Part shown: positions 9,117 to 17,607 of the stretch, piece after piece
How the letters are laid out: each line of letters begins with the position of its first letter
Position numbering within the stretch: the first letter of the stretch is position 1
Origin: Dehalococcoidia bacterium
Lineage (GTDB): Bacteria > Chloroflexota > Dehalococcoidia > Lucifugimonadales > UBA1123
DNA: 64,000 nt
NCBI GenBank assembly: GCA_963664365.1
Contig: OY761144.1
Coordinates: 1,513,596-1,577,595 of the forward strand
Direction: 5' to 3'
Position numbers and translations under genes: made by a program
Notes under the pieces: model-generated
Told to the model about the DNA's origin: nothing
Database searches by the model: none
What the model saw: only the letters and a program-made list of their open reading frames with translations

Positions 9117-9641
9117 CTACTCCCACATCTCGATTTCGGCGCCGCGTGTGGACTGGATATGACATATCGCTACGGCCAGAGCGTCGGCCCTGTCGGGAGG
9201 GTCGAGTCGTTCGGACAGCCCGAGCATGGCTTGAACCATGTCCTGCACCTGCTCCTTGGAACTGCCTCCGTGATCGGTGACCGCCTTCTTGACCTCGCGG
9301 GGGGCGTAGGTGGCGACTGGCACTCCGTGAGAGGCGGCGGCGATCATGGCCACGGCCTGGGCCTGGCCGACGGCGACGGCGGCCTTGACGTTCCTGGCGA
9401 CGAACGGCGACTCGATGGCTACGACGTCGGGGCTGAGTTCGCCGACGATTGCGTTCAGACGGGCGTGAAGCCATGTCAGCCGCTCGGCGAGGTCGGCCTT
9501 GCGAGGCGCGGTGAGGGCGTCTGAGAGGGCGAGGGCGTATTCGTCGCCGTCAGTATCGACGGCGCCAATGCCCATGCGATAGGTTCCGGGGTCTATGCCG
9601 AGTATGAGCAGTTGAGGATGCTCCACGATGGTTTTGTCCAC
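9117..9641 (-). CDS. ruvC: crossover junction endodeoxyribonuclease RuvC
   Basis: ILGIDPGTYRMG N-terminal motif plus the ...DALAVAICH C-terminal motif. The true start may be the GTG at 9626, because the first codons overlap an intergenic repeat. Confidence 0.85.
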   Translation of the reverse strand: MDKTIVEHPQLLILGIDPGTYRMGIGAVDTDGDEYALALSDALTAPRKADLAERLTWLHARLNAIVGELSPDVVAIESPFVARNVKAAVAVGQAQAVAMIAAASHGVPVATYAPREVKKAVTDHGGSSKEQVQDMVQAMLGLSERLDPPDRADALAVAICHIQSTRGAEIEMWE

Positions 9642-9699
9642 GAAGGACGCGAAGGTCTCTAAGGGTATCGGGGAGATGGTAGCAGATAGGGGAGGTGTC

Positions 9700-9727
9700 T
9701 TGCCCTATTCGGCGTATTCCGTATAAT
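9700..9727 (+). promoter_or_regulatory. sigma70-like promoter (TTGCCC-16 nt-TATAAT) facing the 9781 operon
   Basis: Hexamers at 9700-9705 and 9722-9727. Confidence 0.45.
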
Positions 9728-9780
9728 GGGTGGTACCCAACCCGTGGGAAGGCGGTGCGTTTCATAGTGGTGAGAATTAA

Positions 9781-10299
9781 GTGCTTGACTTGAACCAGCT
9801 AGGAGATGGTCTCCCGGCCATAACGCCTAGCTTTGGTAAGGCGCTGGCGGAGGCAGCGGGAGTCTGCTTGGAGTCGCAAGGCCAAGCGCAGATGACTAGG
9901 CTCACCATCAGAGGTCACGTAAGCGTCGAGCGCCCTTTGGTGTGGCCGCAAGTCACTGAGCAAACCCGCAGGACTTGGAACGATACGGAAGAGGCCACCG
10001 AGTACGGCGCCACGGGTATCGCGGTCTTGATCGCTCGTCAAGAACTAGGATACTTCGCGGTAGAGCGTTCACCCAAGGGGACTGGCATTGACTACTGGTT
10101 GGGCGAAGAGTCCGATTCGATATCCTTGGAGCGCAAGGCAAGACTGGAGATTTCTGGCATTCGCAATGGCTCCAGCAACATGGTCAGGAACCGTGTGCGA
10201 GAGAAGCTTCGGCAAGCTACTCCGTCAGACGGCCCCCTACCGGCGTTTGTAATCGTAGTTGAATTCGGTACTCCACTCGCTGAGGTTCAGATGAAATGA
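9781..10299 (+). CDS. hypothetical protein, possible degenerate PD-(D/E)xK-like fold
   Basis: 172 aa with a GTG start. The pattern EEATEYG...GIDYWLG...ARLEISGI...VIVVEF resembles E / D / ExK-type nuclease core strands. No family recognised. Confidence 0.5.
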   Translation: MLDLNQLGDGLPAITPSFGKALAEAAGVCLESQGQAQMTRLTIRGHVSVERPLVWPQVTEQTRRTWNDTEEATEYGATGIAVLIARQELGYFAVERSPKGTGIDYWLGEESDSISLERKARLEISGIRNGSSNMVRNRVREKLRQATPSDGPLPAFVIVVEFGTPLAEVQMK

Positions 10300-10667
10300 G
10301 TACAGCCAAGGAACTGCACGATCAGGCCATGGATCTCGTGGAGACGGCGATCCTCGAACGGGTCAGAGGTAATACGAATCTAACTGTCAAACTCTATGCG
10401 GAAGCGCTGGAGCTAGAGCTTGCCGCTATCGCAGTACTGGACGAGTCTGGTCAGACAGCAGAGCCCACATGGTCAGTCCTCCACCGGGGCGCAGGTTGGA
10501 TGGCGTTCAATAGCAACCAATTTCGTCGGGCTGAAAAGCTCGCTTGCAAAGCTTTGGCTGCGGACCCTCACCCCGAAATCGCCAAAGAACTCCGCGACTT
10601 GCTCAGACAGGCCTACACTCGGTTGCGTCCACAAGTGGCGGAATCGACTCCGGCGGCGGATGACTAG
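10296..10667 (+). CDS. hypothetical all-helical (TPR-like) protein, translationally coupled to 9781..10299
   Basis: 123 aa. ATGA overlap with the upstream gene. Helical repeat-like sequence (LYAEALELELAAIAVL..., AEKLACKALAADP). Confidence 0.5.
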   Translation: MSTAKELHDQAMDLVETAILERVRGNTNLTVKLYAEALELELAAIAVLDESGQTAEPTWSVLHRGAGWMAFNSNQFRRAEKLACKALAADPHPEIAKELRDLLRQAYTRLRPQVAESTPAADD

Positions 10668-10888
10668 CTCGCGGTTGGCGTTGGCTGTGGACTGTCGTGC
10701 TTCGCGAGGAGTTCACTGACGGCGGGAACCAGATCCTTGGGAATCGCCATCATCGTGTACTCCGAACTCTCATAGGCTGCCTCGTCTTCTGCCACGGCTT
10801 CTTCTTCTGTCTGAGACTCGTAGTATTCGAGTACGCCGCGGACGCGCTCCGCGTCCCATCCGGGCGGGAAATGCGGCTCTCTCTTCAT
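10664..10888 (-). CDS. small acidic protein, antitoxin-like (no partner toxin visible)
   Basis: 74 aa. PPGWDAERVRGVLEYYESQTEEEAVAEDEAAYE...IPKDLVPAVSELL. Convergent with the 10296 gene, with a 4-nt overlap. Confidence 0.45.
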   Translation of the reverse strand: MKREPHFPPGWDAERVRGVLEYYESQTEEEAVAEDEAAYESSEYTMMAIPKDLVPAVSELLAKHDSPQPTPTAS

Positions 10889-11007
10889 CTTCGCCTCTTT
10901 CTCATAGATTTGTCCACGAAGGACACGAAGGTCTCTATGGGGCTGTAGCTTCTTGGTGAGATAGTGCCAGATAAGAGGAGCAAAGACTAACTCACCGAGA
11001 GGAGCTA

Positions 11008-12018
11008 TTATCGACCCTGCCTGCTCTCTTTTTCCTTAGCCCTAGTCAATTGGAAGAAATTATTGTCTTGGCGGTATCGATTGATGACCCAATCGATGAA
11101 GGCTTGGCTATACTGAACTGGTGAGCCTTGGATCTTGCCCTGGAAGAAGTACTCCCGGTTAGCCTTTACCTTGTAAACCCTATTGAGGCAGGTGACGTCA
11201 TATGCGTTTATTGCCTTATATCCTAACTCCCGGTTTACCTCCTCAATCAACTCTTTCTGCCTATACGGATGTGTTGTGGCGGGGTCCTTGGCAACCTCAA
11301 TAACTTGGGTCGGTTCACCATCTCCGGTTCCTGCTGAGAGTATGATGTCCCCATCATCGCGTCGTTTCGTAAGTACAAGTCGATACTCGATTCCGATTGC
11401 GAATTCCGTAGAGCGCTCAAGCTCGATGGACTCCCTCCTAAGGTCTGCACAGTATCGGCTGAGATACTCCGTAGTATCTCTTCCGAGTTGCATCCTCAAC
11501 TGAGCATCAGCCATATCAGACTGTTCTGGACTCAGATCATAGACTATGGTCATCATGCCGAGAGGATATTGGTCGGCAAGTGATTTACCAAACCAATTGT
11601 TCAATCGGTTGTGGTAGTTGATTGCTCCGGCTTGAAACAAGCCAATGACATCGCGGGGGATTCTGCTGATGACAAGGTGGACCGACTCATCTCTTAGGTC
11701 TTCAATGCGCTCTATGTTTCGCCGCATTGGGTCTCTCTTATTTGGCATGGCCTTCTTCAGACAGTCTCGCAAAGAGAGCGATCTAGCCTTATCTCCCGCC
11801 TTCCGCTTCTTGTAATATATTGATGCCTCTCGACCACTGTCATGGACAATTTTTGCTTTAAGCAGTAGTTCCCAAGCATTGCAGAACAAGTAACAAAATG
11901 ATTCCAAGCGATATTCAATAGTAAGTCGGTTAATAGTCTCCAATGAAAGTACATATGCTTCAATGCTCTTGTCTAGCAAGCGTTCTTTGAGATTGAAGTT
12001 ATTGAAGTCGTTCGCCAC
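11008..12018 (-). CDS. DUF3644-like protein (R-M-associated)
   Basis: 336 aa. The N-terminal SIEAYVLSLETINRLTIEYRLESFCYLFCNAWELLLKAKI matches my recollection of the DUF3644 signature (..AWElLLKA..). It lies directly downstream of hsdM-S and is visibly more AT-rich than its neighbours. Confidence 0.6.
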   Translation of the reverse strand: MANDFNNFNLKERLLDKSIEAYVLSLETINRLTIEYRLESFCYLFCNAWELLLKAKIVHDSGREASIYYKKRKAGDKARSLSLRDCLKKAMPNKRDPMRRNIERIEDLRDESVHLVISRIPRDVIGLFQAGAINYHNRLNNWFGKSLADQYPLGMMTIVYDLSPEQSDMADAQLRMQLGRDTTEYLSRYCADLRRESIELERSTEFAIGIEYRLVLTKRRDDGDIILSAGTGDGEPTQVIEVAKDPATTHPYRQKELIEEVNRELGYKAINAYDVTCLNRVYKVKANREYFFQGKIQGSPVQYSQAFIDWVINRYRQDNNFFQLTRAKEKESRQGR

Positions 12019-12027
12019 AGTTTTTAC

Positions 12028-14475
12028 TTAAGCTTCAGTACCCCACACCCGGTCAATCGCATCCTGAATCTTCTGCTCGAAGCGAGTGATTAGCTCGCGG
12101 TTGGCGTTAATGAGAGCTTGTTCGGCTTCGATCTCGGCGACGATGCCTTGTTGTATTTCAAGAGAAGGCAGAGGTACCTCATGATTCTCAACAACCGTCT
12201 TTCGCATCGACGGTGGATGTGCGTCACTAGCCCAGGTTGACAGATCAAATCCTGAAAGGTAAGAGTAGAGATATTGAGGCAGAAGTTTGTCTAGATTGGA
12301 CACTATACCCATCACGTTGTTATCGTATGTGGATTCTCGACTTAGAATGCGTTTCTTGTTTGTAGCTATTGCAGCGCCGATTTTCGGAAAAATGACCGTT
12401 CCTTTCGGGAATGACTTCGCTTTGAGTTCAGCAAGCGTATCGTGAGATATAGTATTGTTCCAAGACAGTATCTCTATTTCGTTTCCGTCCAAGTTCATGT
12501 CGCTGACCTTGAGAAATGGAATTGCTTGGCTGACGTCCCCCTGATACCTAGTTGGAAAGCCGAATCCACTCTGAACTGAAGATATTTGTTTCACAGGGAC
12601 CATCGGCCACCCTGGATCAATAGTAATCTGGGGGTGGTAGTTGTCGATCACGGTTCGCGCTCCGTCGATGATCTTCTGGTAGCCCTCAATCTCAGCCACG
12701 ATCTCTTTTTGCACTTCCAGCGGCGGCAGGGGAATCTGGATACCCCTGAGATTCCGTTGGTTGAGCTTAGGGACAGTGACACCGGTAACGTACGAAGCAA
12801 GGTCCATTTGATTCAGGACTTCAATCAGATATCGGTCAATCAGCCTGTCACGCATAGGACGGATAACGTGCGCGTGGTTGTTGACCCAAACTTTGCCGTC
12901 AACAGGGAATGAACTTCTCTCTCTTGGTCCCCACTTTGCTCCATCTTCCCCCACCAGCACCAACGGCTCATCGAAAATGTAGTCATCAACATAATCGAGA
13001 ACCCCCGTCGCGCCGTAGTAGGGAAATGGCCCTGACTTCCTGTCGCTCTTGGTTATGGGCCTTCGTTGTTTATCCAAAATCTCCACAAGAGTATCCAGTG
13101 ACTCAGAAGGAAACTGTGCCGTGCGAGCGCTAATTTCCCGATACCGCTCTCCACTCAGATTATACTCACCATCCTCAGCGATCTTCGCCTTCGTCACAAC
13201 AACCGTCACATCTTCGTGAACCTTCGTGTCCTTCGTGGATGAAACAGACCTCAGATACTCCCGCACCGCTAGCGCTGTCCGCGGCAGGTCGTTCTCTGAG
13301 ATGGGGCGGCGCTGGTCGCCGAGGTCGAATCCGTCGTTTTCGACCTTGAAGAAGGCGATGCTATCGGTCTTCCTGGCGAGCGCTCTGTCCAGTATGAGGA
13401 TCGAGGTCTTGACGCCGGAGTAAGGCTTGAACACTCCGGCGGGCAGCGAGACGATGGCGACGAGATAGTTCTCGACCAGCATCTTGCGTAGATGCCTGTG
13501 GGCGTTCTGGCTCTGGAAGATGATTCCCTCGGGCACGATGATTCCGGCGCGGCCCGCCGGGTTCAAATGCTCGGCCATGTAGTCCACGAACAGCGCCTCG
13601 CTGCGCCGGGACTGAACGGAGAAGCGGTTGTGCGGACGGATGCCGCCCTTCGGAGACATGAACGGCGGGTTGGCGAGTATCACGTCGGCGAAGTCGTTCC
13701 AGCGGTCTTCGCTGGTGAGGGTGTCGTACTCGAATATGTGCGGATCGACGAAACCGTGCAGGTACATGTTCACGAGGGAGAGCCGCACCATGTCGGGCGA
13801 AATGTCGTAGCCCTGGAAGTTGTCGGCCAGCCGAGTCATGTCGTCGGGAGTCAGGACGCTGTTTCCCTCCCCGTCCCTGTTGGCGGCGAGGATGTGCTTG
13901 TATGAGGAGATGAGGAACCCGGCGGTGCCGCAGGCTGGGTCGAGTATCACCTCGTCCTTCTTCGGGTCGATAATCGAGACGATGAAGTCGATGATGTGGC
14001 GCGGGGTGCGGAATTGCCCGGCGTCTCCCTGCGAGCCGAGTACCGAGAGCAGGTACTCGAAGGCGTCGCCCAGCCGCTCGGAGTGGTCGTAGGTGAACTC
14101 GTCGATTACCTTGAGGAACGCTCGCAGGGTCTCAGGGTCGCGGTACGGCAGGAAGGCGTTGTTGAAGATGTCTCGGAAGAGAGGAGGAATGCCGGGGTTC
14201 TCGGGCATCCGAGTGATGGCCTCGGCGTAGAGGTTCAGCATCTCGTGTCCGCCGATTCCAGGGCGCATCAGCCTGGCCCATCCGTAGCGGGCGAACTCGC
14301 CGGCGAAGAAGGTGCGCTCCCCGCCAAGCTCTTCGGCCTGCGCGTCGATGTCGTCCATGAACTTGTAGATCAGGGCGATGGTGATCTGCTCGACCTGTGA
14401 CTTTGGGTCGGGCACCTTGCCGACGAGGATGTCGCGGGCGGTGTCTATGCGGCGTTTCGTTTCGGTGTCGAGCAT
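12028..14475 (-). CDS. type I restriction-modification methyltransferase fused to the specificity subunit (HsdM-HsdS fusion)
   Basis: 815 aa. HsdM N-domain, the FRTPRH and DPACGTAGFL motifs, and the catalytic NPPF (LANPPFMSPKG). The HsdM C-terminal YNLSGERY is followed by two target-recognition domains, each ended by a conserved helix (LPPLEVQKEIVAEIEGYQKIIDG and LPSLEIQQGIVAEIEAEQALINANRELI). Confidence 0.85.
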   Translation of the reverse strand: MLDTETKRRIDTARDILVGKVPDPKSQVEQITIALIYKFMDDIDAQAEELGGERTFFAGEFARYGWARLMRPGIGGHEMLNLYAEAITRMPENPGIPPLFRDIFNNAFLPYRDPETLRAFLKVIDEFTYDHSERLGDAFEYLLSVLGSQGDAGQFRTPRHIIDFIVSIIDPKKDEVILDPACGTAGFLISSYKHILAANRDGEGNSVLTPDDMTRLADNFQGYDISPDMVRLSLVNMYLHGFVDPHIFEYDTLTSEDRWNDFADVILANPPFMSPKGGIRPHNRFSVQSRRSEALFVDYMAEHLNPAGRAGIIVPEGIIFQSQNAHRHLRKMLVENYLVAIVSLPAGVFKPYSGVKTSILILDRALARKTDSIAFFKVENDGFDLGDQRRPISENDLPRTALAVREYLRSVSSTKDTKVHEDVTVVVTKAKIAEDGEYNLSGERYREISARTAQFPSESLDTLVEILDKQRRPITKSDRKSGPFPYYGATGVLDYVDDYIFDEPLVLVGEDGAKWGPRERSSFPVDGKVWVNNHAHVIRPMRDRLIDRYLIEVLNQMDLASYVTGVTVPKLNQRNLRGIQIPLPPLEVQKEIVAEIEGYQKIIDGARTVIDNYHPQITIDPGWPMVPVKQISSVQSGFGFPTRYQGDVSQAIPFLKVSDMNLDGNEIEILSWNNTISHDTLAELKAKSFPKGTVIFPKIGAAIATNKKRILSRESTYDNNVMGIVSNLDKLLPQYLYSYLSGFDLSTWASDAHPPSMRKTVVENHEVPLPSLEIQQGIVAEIEAEQALINANRELITRFEQKIQDAIDRVWGTEA

Positions 14476-14490
14476 GTCTGAACTGTGATT
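14476..14490. repeat. inverted copy of the 15-nt motif AATCACAGTTCAGAC, abutting the hsdM-S start codon
   Basis: gtctgaactgtgatt at 14476-14490 is the exact reverse complement of 14600-14614 and 15046-15060. Confidence 0.9.
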
Positions 14491-14599
14491 CCTCTGATTT
14501 TGGGATTTTCATGATTACTTGGCTGAATTCAGGTAGTCTTCTAAAGCAGTCTCTGGCATGGAGTCTAGCACATAATCACCTCAATCATTGAGTCACACG

Positions 14600-15060
14600 A
14601 ATCACAGTTCAGACAGAGGGTCGAGTCGACTTCTCTGTCTGAACTTGTTGTTGGCCACTCTATTGAATTCGAGGCTCTTTGCGCCGAAGTTGATGAGCAA
14701 GCCGACTTCGAGGTCGAACGCCTCCAGGTAGTTGATAGCCTGCGCCAAGTGAAGGGCTTCAAGCTTGCTGATTGCCTTCAGTTCGACAGAAACGACTCCC
14801 TCAACCAGAAAGTCAACTCTGCGAGTACCGATTTGCTGTTCCTTGTAAAAGATGGGCATCTCATGTTCACGGCCGAAAGATATTCCTTGGTCTGCCAATT
14901 CAATTGCTAATGCGCGCTGATAGATTACTTCCTGAAAGCCGCTGCCCAAAGTGGAATGCACCGTCATGGCGCATCCGATAATCCTTCCCGTCAACTGGGA
15001 GTGCTTGTACTCTCTCCTAATCACAGTCCATCATTCCATCAGATAAATCACAGTTCAGAC
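14600..15060 (-). repeat. GxxExxY gene cassette bounded by perfect 15-bp direct repeats (14600-14614 and 15046-15060)
   Basis: AATCACAGTTCAGAC is exact at both ends, 446 bp apart. One copy follows the hsdR stop codon and the other contains the GxxExxY stop codon. Confidence 0.8.
14602..15024 (-). CDS. GxxExxY-family protein (PD-(D/E)xK-like)
   Basis: 140 aa with a GTG start. LGSGFQEVIYQRAL (the GxxExxY motif) ... RVDFLVEGVVSVELKA. Confidence 0.85.
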   Translation of the reverse strand: MIRREYKHSQLTGRIIGCAMTVHSTLGSGFQEVIYQRALAIELADQGISFGREHEMPIFYKEQQIGTRRVDFLVEGVVSVELKAISKLEALHLAQAINYLEAFDLEVGLLINFGAKSLEFNRVANNKFRQRSRLDPLSEL

Positions 15061-15062
15061 TA

Positions 15063-17603
15063 TCACGCGGCGAATTGGTTTAGGGAGACGTAGTCCATGA
15101 TGTACTCGCGGACGAGGCTACGGTACCGCTGGGGCACGGCGCGGTAGTCATTGATGGAGAATCCGGGGTTTGTCGCGAGGGAGGCAAACTGGCGGGTGTC
15201 TATGATTCTCCTGACTTCCTCACTGGTTACGTAGGCCTTGAAGTACGTCTTGACGGCAGTGACATCCCGGGGACTGGGCGGCGCGTGGTCGGTGACGAAC
15301 TTGGCGAACTCCTCTTCCAGAAGCTCGTCTTTGGACTTGAACCCGGTAATCAGCCCCAGCGCGCGCTCGACGAACTCGCGAATTGTCACGCGGCGATCGA
15401 CGGACGTCGCGCTCCGCAGCCTTTCCAGGTTGTAGAAATCCTCCGGCTTGTCGAATATCTCGCTCCTGACATGGTCGCTGACGATGCCCCATTGCCCGGC
15501 CTCGGCGGCCGCCTTGATAATCTCGTCGTCCCGTACTTGGTCTGCGAACCTGTCGAACAGCATCCGGTCAACCTTCATGCCGGACGCTCCAACCTGCTCC
15601 TCGCTGATTTCGGCGAGAACGTCCGGCCCCAGGTATTCGTAGCCATGGACGGTGACCGGGCCAAAATCGACGCCCCCGTTGCTCGGCTCTCGCCGCTTCC
15701 GCGGTGGCAGCTTCAGAACCTGGTCGTAGTCGAACTCTTCCTCGAAGTACTCGCAGTTGCCGAAGAAGTCGAACAGCTTGAAGGTCGTCTTCTCTGCTGC
15801 GTCCACGTCTATGTTGGCATCGCGTCCGCGGAACTGGTCGAGGAAGTTGTGCTTTCGGGTGCCGCGCCCCTTGATCTGAACGAAGTCGGTCGGCGAGAAG
15901 ATTGGGCAGAACAGGCCGAGGTTCAGAATGTCGGTGCAGTCGTAGCCGGTGGTCATCATGCCGACGGTCACGCAGACGCGGGCCTTGCTGGTGCGGTACT
16001 CAGGCGAGGCGTTGCCGGAGCCGAGCAGGTTGTTGTTGGCGAAGTTGACGGTGAAGCGCTGGGCGTCGGGGATATGCGACGTGACCTGCACGGCGAAGTC
16101 GGACTGGTACTTGCCGGGGAACTTGGCGTCCGCGATCTCGTTGAGAACCTGAGTCAGTTTGGCCGCGTGGTTCTGGCTGACGGCGAACACTATGGACTTT
16201 CCGATCTCCCCGCTTATCGGATCGCGCAGCGCGTTCTCAATGAACGTCCGGCAGAACAGCTTATTGGTAGCCTCTGAGAAGAAATCGCGCTCGAAGTCGC
16301 GCTTCTTAAACGCCTCCTCCTGGTACTCGCCCGCGTCGTCGGTGAACGACACGATGAAACCCTTGTCAGCAAGAAGCTGCGTTGTCACGTCAGTGCGTGC
16401 ATCGACGAGGGTTGGGCTGATGAGATACCCGTCTCGCACGCCATCGATGAGCGAGTACCGGTAGGTAGGTTCTCCGCTCTCGCACCCGAAGGTGCGGTAG
16501 GTATCGAGCATGAGCCTGCGCTCGATCTCTCGCGGGTCACGGACATTCGGGCCGAGCGTACCCGTGCCTCTTAGGTAGTCGCGGGGAGTCGCCGTCAAGC
16601 CGAGCTTGTAGCCGACGAAGTAGTCGAAGACGGAACGCGCGTTGCCGCTTATGGAACGGTGGGCCTCGTCGGAGATCACGAGATCGAAGTCCGTAGGCGA
16701 AAATAGGGACTGGTACTTGTTGTTGAACAGCAGAGACTGGACGGTGGTGACGACTATCTCTGCATGGCGCCAGTCGTCGCGCCTCTCCTTGTAGATGACG
16801 GTATCGAAATCGTTGGAGAGGTAGTCGTTGAAGGCGCGGTCCGCTTGGCCTTCCAGTTCCAGCCTATCCACGAGGAACAGCGCCCGGCTCGCGTTGCCGG
16901 TTCTAAGGAACAGCTTGATCACGGCGGCGGCTACCAGCGTCTTTCCGGCGCCGGTAGCCATCTCGAACAGGAACCTGTCTCCGCCGTCCTGCACGGCCCG
17001 TTGAAGACTGCGGACGGCGCGAATCTGATAGTCCCGCAGGAATCTGAGGCCGTTGGCCCGAATGAATACCGGACGCTCCGCATCGTTCTTCCAGGCGGCC
17101 TCAGAGGCGTAACCGGGCCTCTGTGTGAGCGCGATATAGTCGTCGCCAACTTGCTCGTTGATTAGCCGTAAAGGGTTGGGCTTGACCTTGTCGTACCCGG
17201 TGACCGAGTCGGGAGACGGAAAGACGCTGATAATGTGCGGGTTGCCGCGTTCGAGGTCCCAGAAGTAATGAAGGTTGCCATTGGACAGGATGACGAATCG
17301 GCAGTTCTGCGATCTGGCGTACCTTCTGGCCTGTTCCTTGCCGGTCAGCGGGTTGTGGTCCTCAGACTTGGCTTCGAGCACGACGAGGGGAAATCCCCTG
17401 GAGTCGAGCAGCAGAAAGTCGACGAATCCCCTACCTGTCTTCTCGAAGTCCTCTCCGAGGGCGTCGAGGTCGTTACTGCTTATCTCGACGTGCTGTTCGA
17501 GTCGGATGTTGGCGGGCCGATCTCCTTCCGGGAAGAAGCGCCAGCCGCTCTTTTCGAGCAGCCGGTTGATCTTGATGCGCGCCGTCGCCTCGTTCATGCG
17601 CAT
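15063..17603 (-). CDS. hsdR: type I restriction enzyme R subunit (HsdR) with EcoEI-R-like C-terminal domain
   Basis: 846 aa. N-terminal nuclease-like region (FVDFLLLD...VVLEAK), helicase motif I MATGAGKT, DEAH box VISDEAHRS, motif VI QIKGRGTR. Confidence 0.9.
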   Translation of the reverse strand: MRMNEATARIKINRLLEKSGWRFFPEGDRPANIRLEQHVEISSNDLDALGEDFEKTGRGFVDFLLLDSRGFPLVVLEAKSEDHNPLTGKEQARRYARSQNCRFVILSNGNLHYFWDLERGNPHIISVFPSPDSVTGYDKVKPNPLRLINEQVGDDYIALTQRPGYASEAAWKNDAERPVFIRANGLRFLRDYQIRAVRSLQRAVQDGGDRFLFEMATGAGKTLVAAAVIKLFLRTGNASRALFLVDRLELEGQADRAFNDYLSNDFDTVIYKERRDDWRHAEIVVTTVQSLLFNNKYQSLFSPTDFDLVISDEAHRSISGNARSVFDYFVGYKLGLTATPRDYLRGTGTLGPNVRDPREIERRLMLDTYRTFGCESGEPTYRYSLIDGVRDGYLISPTLVDARTDVTTQLLADKGFIVSFTDDAGEYQEEAFKKRDFERDFFSEATNKLFCRTFIENALRDPISGEIGKSIVFAVSQNHAAKLTQVLNEIADAKFPGKYQSDFAVQVTSHIPDAQRFTVNFANNNLLGSGNASPEYRTSKARVCVTVGMMTTGYDCTDILNLGLFCPIFSPTDFVQIKGRGTRKHNFLDQFRGRDANIDVDAAEKTTFKLFDFFGNCEYFEEEFDYDQVLKLPPRKRREPSNGGVDFGPVTVHGYEYLGPDVLAEISEEQVGASGMKVDRMLFDRFADQVRDDEIIKAAAEAGQWGIVSDHVRSEIFDKPEDFYNLERLRSATSVDRRVTIREFVERALGLITGFKSKDELLEEEFAKFVTDHAPPSPRDVTAVKTYFKAYVTSEEVRRIIDTRQFASLATNPGFSINDYRAVPQRYRSLVREYIMDYVSLNQFAA

Positions 17604-17607
17604 TCAG

